Source of the DNA: Candidatus Woesearchaeota archaeon
GTDB taxonomy: Archaea > Nanobdellota > Nanobdellia > Woesearchaeales > J072
Direction of reading: 5' to 3'
Length of the DNA: 33,707 bases
Assembly: GCA_003695265.1 (NCBI GenBank)
Contig: RFII01000037.1
Location: 1-33,707 of the forward strand
The notes under the pieces are model-generated. The model saw nothing but the letters and a program-made list of their open reading frames with translations, had not been told where the DNA came from and searched no databases. This document shows, piece by piece, positions 18,271 through 26,819 of this stretch (its first letter is position 1; every line of letters starts with the position of its first letter). A program made the translations under genes and the position numbers.

Positions 18271-19386
18271 ATGGCAAAAGAAGCAACGTCAAAAAAAGAT
18301 GCTCAAAGCAGGATAAAGGAGCTTGAGGAAGAGCTCAGGAAAACGCCTTATAATAAGAGAACCCAGCATCACATAGGTCTTATAAAAGCGCAGATAGCAA
18401 AGCTTAGGGAGAAGCAGGAAAGGCAAGGAAAAGGTAAGGGAAAGCATGAAGGTTACTCAATAAGGAAAACAGGGGATGGCACAGTAGTTTTAGTCGGCTT
18501 TCCATCATCAGGAAAATCAACTTTATTAAACAAAATTACTAAAACAGAGTCTCGCACCGGCAATTACGATTTTACAACGTTGAATGTTGTGCCAGGACTT
18601 TTGGAGTATAGGCATGCGAAGATTCAGGTTTTAGACGTTCCAGGGATTGTTAGAGGTGCTGCCTCTGGCAAGGGAAGAGGAAAAGAGGTGATTTCTGTAA
18701 TCAGGAACGCTGACCTCATTGTTGTGCTTATAGATGCAACCCAGCCAAAGCAGCTTAAATTCCTGAAAAAAGAACTTTTTGACGCTGGGATTCGAATGAA
18801 TGAGAAGAAGCCTGATGTGAAAATTACGAGAACTTCTAAAAATGGAATTGTTATTGGCACAACAAAAAAGCTCACACGTCTAAGCAAGGAAACAATAAAA
18901 GGGATTATGAAAGAATTTAAGATAATAAACGCTGATGTTGTTATAAGGGATAACATAACTGACGACCAGCTGATTGACTGTATTGAGGGGAACAGAGCAT
19001 ACATTAAAGGGGTCATAGTTGTAAACAAGATTGATTTGCTGGACAAGGAGAGATTGGATGAGGTAAAAAAGATGTTAAAGCCAGACCTAGTGATATCTGC
19101 TGAGCACGAAATTGGTGTTGAAGAGCTGAAAGAACTAATTTTTGAGAGGCTGGATTTGATAAGGATATACCTCAAGCAGCCTGGCAAGCCAGCTGACCTA
19201 AAGGAACCTCTAATAATGTTCAAGTCATGCACTGTGGAAGATGTTTGCAACAAGCTGCACAAGGATTTTGTGAGAAAATTCAGGTTCTGCAGGGTGTGGG
19301 GGAAAAGCTCAAAGTTTGACGGGCAAAGGTTCAATTTGAAGCATATCTTGGCAGATGAGGACATTTTAGAAATTCATTTGAGTTGA
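18271..19386 (+). CDS. DRG/Rbg (OBG-family) GTP-binding protein with TGS domain
   Basis: GFPSSGKST, YDFTTL, DVPG, NKID; N-terminal YNKRTQHHIG; C-terminal VWGKS..H.L.DED. Confidence 0.95.
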   Translation: MAKEATSKKDAQSRIKELEEELRKTPYNKRTQHHIGLIKAQIAKLREKQERQGKGKGKHEGYSIRKTGDGTVVLVGFPSSGKSTLLNKITKTESRTGNYDFTTLNVVPGLLEYRHAKIQVLDVPGIVRGAASGKGRGKEVISVIRNADLIVVLIDATQPKQLKFLKKELFDAGIRMNEKKPDVKITRTSKNGIVIGTTKKLTRLSKETIKGIMKEFKIINADVVIRDNITDDQLIDCIEGNRAYIKGVIVVNKIDLLDKERLDEVKKMLKPDLVISAEHEIGVEELKELIFERLDLIRIYLKQPGKPADLKEPLIMFKSCTVEDVCNKLHKDFVRKFRFCRVWGKSSKFDGQRFNLKHILADEDILEIHLS

Positions 19387-19442
19387 AATTAATGAAATAA
19401 AACCCAAAAAGTTTTAAATAAAAAGAGTTTTCTTACCATAAA

Positions 19443-19838
19443 ATGATAACAGCCTCAAGGGATTCTGGGAGGCCGACTCTTTTGCTTGTGGATGATGATG
19501 ACAGCATTAGAAATGATTATATGCTTCAAATTGGTGAGAAGTTTCAGATTATACCTTTTGCTGATTACGCGTCTACAATGAGTTATTTGTCGGGCCACAA
19601 ACCAGATGTTGTTCTTTCAGACATAGATCTCACTGGAGATGGCAGTGGAAGGCAAGGTGTTAATATTTGTGATTTTGCGCGAAAAAATTATGGAATACCA
19701 GCATTTTTGATGTCATCAGATTATAGCATGAGAAGCATTGCTGAAAGGAATGGTCTTAAATTTCACCTTAAAGGTGTTGAATCAGTCGCTGATTTGGTGG
19801 AAAGAATAAGTAATGCGATTGGATACCACAGCAATTAA
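19443..19838 (+). CDS. Stand-alone response-regulator receiver (CheY-like) protein
   Basis: LLLVDDD, PDVVLSD (phospho-Asp), IPAFLMSS, FHLK. Confidence 0.85.
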   Translation: MITASRDSGRPTLLLVDDDDSIRNDYMLQIGEKFQIIPFADYASTMSYLSGHKPDVVLSDIDLTGDGSGRQGVNICDFARKNYGIPAFLMSSDYSMRSIAERNGLKFHLKGVESVADLVERISNAIGYHSN

Positions 19839-19893
19839 TTTTTTCAGAAATCCTTAAATACTTTGTGTTCAAACACAATATATGGTGAGTGTT

Positions 19894-20166
19894 ATGGCAA
19901 AGAAAGAAGAAGTGAAGATGAGCAAGGAGGAGCAGATAGGGTTCCATAAAGGCTCATTAGCAACACTGGCGAAGGAGAGGCAAGAGCTAAGCAGAATACT
20001 GCAGATTGTTGAGCAGTTGATGCAGATGCACGTAAAAGCACTGCAAGAGCTTGGCGTTGATTTGACAAAAGAGATGAGCCCGCAAGAAGGCGAAGTAGAT
20101 AAAGCAAAGCCAGCTGCCAAAAAAAGCGCAGCAAAGCCAAAAAAGCCTATTGAGGACCTAATTTAA
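19894..20166 (+). CDS. Small helical hypothetical protein
   Basis: SD GGTGA before ATG 19894; abuts the next gene. Confidence 0.7.
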   Translation: MAKKEEVKMSKEEQIGFHKGSLATLAKERQELSRILQIVEQLMQMHVKALQELGVDLTKEMSPQEGEVDKAKPAAKKSAAKPKKPIEDLI

Positions 20167-20556
20167 ATGGAATACTCATTTCATTTTTCTGGGCATAAAA
20201 ACATTTCTGCAACGCACAAAACAACATTTGAGCTCACAAAAGAACCAACCCTAACAGAAAAGGGTGACTGCATTATTGGCGTAAAAGCGGATTTTAAATT
20301 GTCAGAGTTAAAGAGATTCTTAAGAAAAGAAAAAGTTCTGATAATTATTATGTCAGGGGAGTTCTCTGAGGAAGTTGTGGCTGTGCCTAATAAAAGTTTT
20401 AGCTCAGAAAAAGAGCTTGTCGTCAGGACTTCTGGCTTCATCTCAAAGAGGACTTTTGCTGTTATGGCGGACAAGGCGTGCTCTGATTTCTCAAGGGAGA
20501 TTATCAAAAGCATAAAGGAAAACGGCGGAAAAGTTATTGTTAGAGAAAGCTCATAA
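20167..20556 (+). CDS. DUF371 family protein
   Basis: GH.NI.ATH.TTFE.TK...LT..GDCIIGV.AD and V.R.S.FI..RT....ADKA. Confidence 0.9.
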   Translation: MEYSFHFSGHKNISATHKTTFELTKEPTLTEKGDCIIGVKADFKLSELKRFLRKEKVLIIIMSGEFSEEVVAVPNKSFSSEKELVVRTSGFISKRTFAVMADKACSDFSREIIKSIKENGGKVIVRESS

Positions 20557-20809
20557 CTCCTTTATAAAGTAAGAATATTGCAATCGCTGCTGAAAAAGCT
20601 GGTGAGGCCAATCCAAAAGCGAGAAGAAGAAGGTATGCTCCTGCCAACACGTCGCCAATGCTCAAAAAATCAATGGTTGCTATCGAGAAAAAAACGCCTT
20701 TGAATATTAAGTACCATGCAGCAATAAACAAAAGTTTTTGCGGTAGGAAAATTGAGTACAAAACCAAAAGAGCTGCCAACAAATCCAATAATCCTAAGAG
20801 TTGAATCAT
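20540..20809 (-). CDS. Small integral membrane protein
   Basis: Four hydrophobic segments with an internal duplication (D.LA...L..KG twice). Confidence 0.7.
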   Translation of the reverse strand: MIQLLGLLDLLAALLVLYSIFLPQKLLFIAAWYLIFKGVFFSIATIDFLSIGDVLAGAYLLLLAFGLASPAFSAAIAIFLLYKGVMSFL

Positions 20810-21093
20810 TATAATGCACCTATTGCAAGAATGATTATTATAAGAATAAAGAGAAACTTCAAAATACGAAAAGGTCTTATTGTGTAATTATTTATTTCAT
20901 TTAGGGCCCAAGGAATTAGCGCTGCGAGAGCTAAAAATATTAGTCCTGCACCCAGAGTGAAGATTAATGCTGTTTCTTTCAAAACAAAGCTGATTATAAG
21001 CAAGAACAAAATAAATCCAAAAAGCTTAGTTATAAACTGCCTGGACGTTCCAAAAGTAAGAAAGTTTTTGTTGTTGGGCTCTGTCAAGCCCAT
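20809..21093 (-). CDS. Small 3-TM membrane protein
   Basis: Three hydrophobic helices; its stop overlaps the next start; start uncertain (21093 or 21153). Confidence 0.55.
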   Translation of the reverse strand: MGLTEPNNKNFLTFGTSRQFITKLFGFILFLLIISFVLKETALIFTLGAGLIFLALAALIPWALNEINNYTIRPFRILKFLFILIIIILAIGAL

Positions 21094-21180
21094 TAGTATG
21101 TGTTCCCAGCTTTTGATATAGTAATCCTTGCTTACTATTTTAATGATTACCACCTGTTATGTCAGAAAAAAGGGGTTTAT

Positions 21181-21573
21181 TTAAAGATTGTCTTTTTTTG
21201 TTTTTGCAAGGCTGCTAACCTTCAGCCCTATTTTTGAGAACCCAAAGCGTCTGCTTAATTCACGGGCGAAGAAAGCCAAGTAAGTCATAGACAAGAGAAA
21301 GCTTATTGCAAGAAGGTTTGTTAATGCAATGTCAATTGCAGGATTCCTAATGACAAGAAGTCCTAGTTTTGAGAATATGCTCCACATAAAAAACAGGAAT
21401 CCTATGCTGATAGTTATTAATAATGCGCTGAGAAAATCACGCATATGGCCTGAAGTAAGCTCAGACCTGCCATTATGAACAAGGATTAAGGATATTACAA
21501 TGTGGAATATTCCAAAAACAGCGTATAATATTACCAAAAGAGTGTCTATGAAATCAAGCCCTAAGTTTGACAT
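21181..21573 (-). CDS. Membrane protein (about 3-4 TM), possible sensor domain
   Basis: Hydrophobic helices; directly downstream of the KaiC-like gene. Confidence 0.65.
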   Translation of the reverse strand: MSNLGLDFIDTLLVILYAVFGIFHIVISLILVHNGRSELTSGHMRDFLSALLITISIGFLFFMWSIFSKLGLLVIRNPAIDIALTNLLAISFLLSMTYLAFFARELSRRFGFSKIGLKVSSLAKTKKDNL

Positions 21574-21612
21574 TTTGAACCTTTTATTTTGAACGTTGCT
21601 ATTTTAAACATT

Positions 21613-22164
21613 TTAAACTGTTATAGTGGCATCGCAAAATTGGCTTACCTCTGATATCAGCCCAGGATCAGTGTCTTTTCTTAAGCAGATGATTATCCCA
21701 TCAACTTGATAATTTCTCATCTTGCCAGCTAAAAAATGCATGAACCTTGCCACTGTTTCCTGCGAAGAGTAAACAAGCAGCGTGTTTAAAGAGTCAAAAA
21801 AAACAAATTTTTCATCCTGGGATATTGCTCTGACAGCCTCTGTCATTGCTATTGATATGTCGCTTAAGTCGCGTGGACTTCTTAAGTAAAAGCAGTTTTC
21901 AGCATCAGGAATGTGTGACTGGTGCATATGAGACACAGCATCAATAAATATTATCATGTTTGTGTCAACGCCATTCCTTTTAAACGTGTCAGCAAGTGTT
22001 GAGAAAGGCTTGTTTATTGTTATATAAACGCCTGGAAAGTGCTTTATATTTGTAAAATATTTTACCAAGTTGACATTTGTTTCCTGATAATTGTCAATGT
22101 CAACGAGGAAAAGCGCTATGAACTTATCAAGCTTTTTAATGCTGTCCAAATACCTCTTTTTCAT
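21613..22164 (-). CDS. Inactivated KaiC/RecA-like ATPase domain protein (DUF835-like)
   Basis: GVYIT.NKP, IIFIDAVS, SP.DLS.I, FFDSLNTLL.Y; no Walker A motif. ATG 22164 preferred, with TATA at ~22190. Confidence 0.75.
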   Translation of the reverse strand: MKKRYLDSIKKLDKFIALFLVDIDNYQETNVNLVKYFTNIKHFPGVYITINKPFSTLADTFKRNGVDTNMIIFIDAVSHMHQSHIPDAENCFYLRSPRDLSDISIAMTEAVRAISQDEKFVFFDSLNTLLVYSSQETVARFMHFLAGKMRNYQVDGIIICLRKDTDPGLISEVSQFCDATITV

Positions 22165-22249
22165 GAGATAGACTAACACAGAATGCTTTATAAAAGTTTC
22201 TTTTTTTGAAAGCAAAATTATTTATAGCAAAAGCTTGATTTGTATTGAT

Positions 22250-22471
22250 ATGGAAAAGAAGAGATTTTTTATAGGATTAGTGCTTGGCTGGATGCTGGTT
22301 TTATTTTTGTCAGTGTTGAGTGTTTTTTATGGAAATAATGTTTCAGGAGCTGTTGTGAAGCAGATAAAGCCGCTCTCGCAGAGTGTAAGCATTGTTCTTG
22401 TTACTACGCTCCTTGTTGTTGTATTGCTTAATGGAATACTTATAAGGAGTTATTTTAAAAAACAAGCTTGA
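22250..22471 (+). CDS. Small two-TM protein with a VSGAVV linker
   Basis: Two hydrophobic helices with basic termini. Confidence 0.6.
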   Translation: MEKKRFFIGLVLGWMLVLFLSVLSVFYGNNVSGAVVKQIKPLSQSVSIVLVTTLLVVVLLNGILIRSYFKKQA

Positions 22472-22544
22472 TTATTATTCTTAACTTTTTAGTAACAACA
22501 ATCAAAAAGATTTATATATAACAAATGAATTTGTTAGGGTAAAA

Positions 22545-23807
22545 ATGAAAGGACAAAGTCAGGAGATTCCTAGGTATGAAGTAAAAAGCCAAGATGAAAG
22601 AAAATACAAGAAAATTGAGAGGCTATTAACATATAATGGAAAAGTTTCTAGAGACACGCCACTGTCAAGAGACCTTTCAAGGCTGGTTAGCCTGAAAGGA
22701 AAAACACCTCTTGCAAAGCAGCTTGGCAATGGTGTGAGTAGGCTTGAGGATTCTCTTGTAAGAAGAATGCTCAGAGGAGAGCACTTATTTGAGGAAGGAA
22801 GCGCTGAATGGCTTTTAGCTAAAGCTGCCTTATCAATAGCTGCTGAGGAACAGCAAGGAAAAAGAGACCTCGGAACGCCCGAGCTGATACACCCATTTCT
22901 TATCGCAAGAGCAGCAGTCGCGTATGATCTTGGATTAGTTGGGTTGGTTTCTGGCCTAACACATGACATTGGAGAGGAGGTTATCAAGGCAGAGCACTCA
23001 GACATAAACCCAGAGCAAATAATGAATGGTGTCAACAAAAGAATTCTGGAAGAAATGGAAAAAAATTTGGATAGATATATTCCTAGGAAGAAATGGGCTG
23101 AGATTTCTAAAGTGTTAGATGATGCAGCAACGATTTCGGCAAGACTAACAAGAAGATTAAGTGAGCCTTATCACAGTTACATAGTTGGAGCGCTACATAA
23201 TTATTATGAAGGAAACACGTTTAATCCGCGATTGGCTTATGTAGCTGCAGTCTTAAAATATTTTGATAGGTTATTTAACACCCTAGATGTTGATTCTGTC
23301 GGTGAAGAAAGCCTGCTTGACCCTAAAAAAAGGTTCAAGCTTATTGCAAAAAATATTTTACTGGAAAACGAGACGAGAGTGCTTAGGAATAGGAGGGATT
23401 TCAAAATAGAGGACCGGCTAAATAAGAATTTAGCTTTTTTAGGGCATACAATCTTATATTTTACTGAGTTAGAGGCTGCAAAGTGGATGGGGCATATAAG
23501 AAAGTATTTGCCAAGAAGTTATAATGCTGCAGAAACAGACGAGTGGATTCAGGAATTTGAGCGCAGGGGTGGCTTTGATAAAAGGACAAGGAAGAGGCCT
23601 GCAAAACTTGTTGCTAAGTACCCTTGGCTCAGATTTCATGGAAAGATGAATTATGTGAGGGGTCATTTCAGAGGAGAGCATGACTTGGAATTATTGGAAG
23701 ATAGCATTGAATTGTATGAGTCAGTTTATGCTATGCGAAGAGCAGCCCAATTAATGTATGTTGAGCCACATAGGATTATTGATAACCTAACAGGAGACAG
23801 TGGCTGA
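22545..23807 (+). CDS. RelA/SpoT-type HD hydrolase (SAH/Mesh1-like) with N- and C-terminal extensions
   Basis: QGKRDLGTPELIHP, LTHDIGEE, LTRR and KYFDRLFNT occur in the order of the RSH hydrolase motifs R..G.PY..HP, LHD..ED, LT, K.aDR.hN. Confidence 0.75.
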   Translation: MKGQSQEIPRYEVKSQDERKYKKIERLLTYNGKVSRDTPLSRDLSRLVSLKGKTPLAKQLGNGVSRLEDSLVRRMLRGEHLFEEGSAEWLLAKAALSIAAEEQQGKRDLGTPELIHPFLIARAAVAYDLGLVGLVSGLTHDIGEEVIKAEHSDINPEQIMNGVNKRILEEMEKNLDRYIPRKKWAEISKVLDDAATISARLTRRLSEPYHSYIVGALHNYYEGNTFNPRLAYVAAVLKYFDRLFNTLDVDSVGEESLLDPKKRFKLIAKNILLENETRVLRNRRDFKIEDRLNKNLAFLGHTILYFTELEAAKWMGHIRKYLPRSYNAAETDEWIQEFERRGGFDKRTRKRPAKLVAKYPWLRFHGKMNYVRGHFRGEHDLELLEDSIELYESVYAMRRAAQLMYVEPHRIIDNLTGDSG

Positions 23808-23851
23808 AACCCCACAATATTATTGCATAATTGCTAAAAAATAATAATAAA

Positions 23852-26380
23852 ATGGCAAGTGCTTTTTCAACACAGGAAGTAAGGGAATTCCTTGAACTTA
23901 CAGACATAATATTGGGGTGTTATGAAGACGGCAGGCCAGTGTCTCCTGAGCTCTTAGAGAAGACTCTTACTAGAGCGCGCCTAAAGGAGCTGCAGAGGTA
24001 TCTGGAAAACGAAGCATACCATAGTATGAACAATTTAAGAAGCGTATGTGGCAATATAAAAACAAGGTACATGAAGAGAAAAAGGGCGCAGAAAAGCACT
24101 TACCAAAATGTCTTTGACGGCGGAACATATGAGGTTTGGGATTTTGATCATGTTTCCCATGGAATAATATCATCTATGATTTTTGGATTAAAGTCAAGGG
24201 GCGGCTTCTGGCAGAAGTATCCAAAACACATAAAAGAGGGTAGAAGAAGAAGTGATTTTGCAAGGGCCACTGTAATTGTGAAGCATCCTGATGCTCCACA
24301 TCTGCCACGCGGAGTTCCTGATGTGGAGATAACAGCATTAACAAGAGAAGAGAGGGAAGCCTACAGGAAAAACAATGGTGCTGCTTGGGAGGAATACGAA
24401 AAAAAATGGGGGGAAAAGAATAAGAGGACAGCAGAAGAGCTTGTTATGGTTATTGAGAAAGGCATTTTTCCTTTTAAGGTTATAAACAGAAAAGACTTGC
24501 CCGTATTGTATAATGGAAGAAGGGTTTTGATGCGCGGACAAAGGTTCTCAATGTTTGGAGGAGGGCCGAGGGATTTTATTGACGCTGATTACTTAAGGTT
24601 TCCAACAGTGGAAGAAGCAAAGGAGTTTGTTGATGATTTACGGAACAAGAATATTACTGAGACCTTGGAGAATATTGTTGGGGCAAGAGAAGCTTTCTCG
24701 TATGAGAAAAATGATGAAATGTATTATGTTGCGAGAGACAGGAGTTCTGTTGCAGTTATGATCACGCCGATTAAGCATAGCAAAAGACAAGGCAAGGTTG
24801 CAACACTGCTTTCGAAAGTAATGACAAAATACACGTGCACGACCCATAGATGGGAAAGTGTAAGGGGTGCGGAAGAATACATGGACTATATCAGGAAGAC
24901 AGTAGATGCTAGGCCAGTAAAAAAAACAAAATTTTCGCATGACGTTCTGCTTTTTAAGAGAGGAAACAATTATCATATACTAGCGAGAAGGAATAATGAA
25001 ATTGTGGAGTTTGTTGGTAGTGGGAGAGAGAGCATCTTTTTTGATGCTGCAAAAAGGGTTGTTGACGATGCTCTCAACCCAAAAAACAAGGTTAAGAAAG
25101 AATACTGCGGAGCTTTTAAAGGTCTTGTTAAGTTTGATTTAAGCTCAATGCCTGGGCTAATATTAGAGGAAGGCTGTGTTTTAGAGGACAGGCTGTCACG
25201 ATATGATAACCTCGAAATTGACACTAGCTCAGGGGAGTTCATGTCTGACAATTATTTTAGGGAGCCGAAAGGCGAGAGAAAGTATGCGGGCAGTATTAAC
25301 ATGACAATAATTTTTAATGGTCAAGAGATCGAGCTTAAAATAATGACTCCAGAGCTTTATTACAAGTCTTTCTGCGGAAACCCAAAATGGGTTCCAAGAG
25401 AGTCTGGAGGTTACAAAGCAGGAGAGGAAACATTCAAGGATTTTATAGACGTCCTTGAAGTGTTTAGAAGAAGCCCTGAGCAGTCGCTTCGTGACATCAG
25501 GGATGATATTGAGATAAACTTGTATTTGAGAGAGATGAGAGAATTCCGTGAATTATTAGAATATGTGACTAGTTTTGATGAAGCATTAGATGTGTTTAAC
25601 GAAGCAAGAAGGATATATTTAAGAGCATGCACTGATCATCCTCCCCAAAAGACAGAGAGGTTAGGCAGATTGCTCTCATCATTTTTGAACCCTTATTTTT
25701 CAGAGAGAGGCCTTGCCATAATTGACGTTGCAGACCAGCTGCAATCACTGGAAGGGGAAATAATGGGGAAACCTATAAGCGTTGTTGTTAATGAATCATT
25801 GCATTTGTCAAGGTTAAATGAGATATTAAGAATCTTGGATGAAAAAACCCCTTTGATAAGCCAAACTGGAATTTCACATAATCATCGCCTGCAGGCTTAT
25901 GCTTTGCTGGAAATGGCAAGGCATTACGAAGAATTTTATGGAATATCGTTTCCTACAAGCTACAAAGAGGAAACAATGATGCCGAAAATCAACGGGTTTT
26001 TAGAGCATTTTGTTAAGGTAGAGCCGTCTAAATTATTAAGGAATCTGATAACGCCTGAAAGCCTTGAAAGACTGATGTTTGGGAGTGAAGAGCATCAGAT
26101 GGGATTAAATGAGGAAGGCAGGGCTTTCTTTAATAGTGGGGGGTATCATAGAATAACAGAGGTTCCTAAAGGATTAACCTTAACTTCCCGTCTTGGTAAG
26201 TACAAGAAAAGCGTTATAGAAGATGATTTTAATAATGTATTTCGCCCTCTTGGATTTTCAGATGATGAGATTTCGTTTATGGTTAGTCGCGCCTGCGACT
26301 TAGTAAAAACATTGAAGATTAGGAGGTTTAACGAGCTTTATAATGGCATTCCATTACACAGAACAACATATATTACTTGA
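23852..26380 (+). CDS. Large protein with a divergent, interrupted RelA/SpoT-like synthetase (nucleotidyltransferase) domain
   Basis: GLKSRGGFWQK and SDFARATVIV, then about 300 aa later DNYFREPKGERKYAGSIN and GQEIELKIMT...G......YK. Confidence 0.6.
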   Translation: MASAFSTQEVREFLELTDIILGCYEDGRPVSPELLEKTLTRARLKELQRYLENEAYHSMNNLRSVCGNIKTRYMKRKRAQKSTYQNVFDGGTYEVWDFDHVSHGIISSMIFGLKSRGGFWQKYPKHIKEGRRRSDFARATVIVKHPDAPHLPRGVPDVEITALTREEREAYRKNNGAAWEEYEKKWGEKNKRTAEELVMVIEKGIFPFKVINRKDLPVLYNGRRVLMRGQRFSMFGGGPRDFIDADYLRFPTVEEAKEFVDDLRNKNITETLENIVGAREAFSYEKNDEMYYVARDRSSVAVMITPIKHSKRQGKVATLLSKVMTKYTCTTHRWESVRGAEEYMDYIRKTVDARPVKKTKFSHDVLLFKRGNNYHILARRNNEIVEFVGSGRESIFFDAAKRVVDDALNPKNKVKKEYCGAFKGLVKFDLSSMPGLILEEGCVLEDRLSRYDNLEIDTSSGEFMSDNYFREPKGERKYAGSINMTIIFNGQEIELKIMTPELYYKSFCGNPKWVPRESGGYKAGEETFKDFIDVLEVFRRSPEQSLRDIRDDIEINLYLREMREFRELLEYVTSFDEALDVFNEARRIYLRACTDHPPQKTERLGRLLSSFLNPYFSERGLAIIDVADQLQSLEGEIMGKPISVVVNESLHLSRLNEILRILDEKTPLISQTGISHNHRLQAYALLEMARHYEEFYGISFPTSYKEETMMPKINGFLEHFVKVEPSKLLRNLITPESLERLMFGSEEHQMGLNEEGRAFFNSGGYHRITEVPKGLTLTSRLGKYKKSVIEDDFNNVFRPLGFSDDEISFMVSRACDLVKTLKIRRFNELYNGIPLHRTTYIT

Positions 26381-26819
26381 TAATCCTGGTTTTCGGCACA
26401 AAATTGGTTAGATTGTTATTCCTGATTTTTCCGCACCCTAGAAAATCGTTTCCTGACTTAACAATTTGAAATGATTGAGTATCTTGCTCTAAAGGTATGC
26501 TGTATCCTTTCATCCATAATATTTTTTGCTTTTCATCAAGCTCAACAACATTCTTTGTTGCTTCTTTGCCAAAGATTTGAGAGCCTTCAATGCTTAGCCT
26601 AATCTCATTATTTGTCAATTCGCCGAGATAAAGTCCGAGAGCATCAACTCTTAGTTTTTCCATATCAAATTTAAGAACTTCTTTGTTCACAACATACAAC
26701 CTGTTTTTCCTGTTAATCAAAAAAGCCATGTTTGTTTCTTTCTTGATTCCCCACTGCTTGTTGAGAATTTCAAGAATTCTTCTCACTTCTTTTTTATTCA
26801 GTATTTTAAGCTTCATCAT
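26373..26819 (-). CDS. NIP7/RsmF-C-terminal-like PUA-related RNA-binding protein
   Basis: GLYLGE....IRLSIEG.Q......KNVVEL......W.KG...LGCGK...L.NFVPK; coupled to the aIF5B stop codon. Confidence 0.75.
   Translation of the reverse strand: MMKLKILNKKEVRRILEILNKQWGIKKETNMAFLINRKNRLYVVNKEVLKFDMEKLRVDALGLYLGELTNNEIRLSIEGSQIFGKEATKNVVELDEKQKILWMKGYSIPLEQDTQSFQIVKSGNDFLGCGKIRNNNLTNFVPKTRIIK

Noticed and set aside
18624..19364. 246-aa minus-strand ORF
   Set aside because: Antisense to the conserved DRG GTPase.
24285..25200. Intein in the synthetase-like gene
   Set aside because: No C/S start with HN-C/S/T end at the insert boundaries and no homing-endonuclease motifs.
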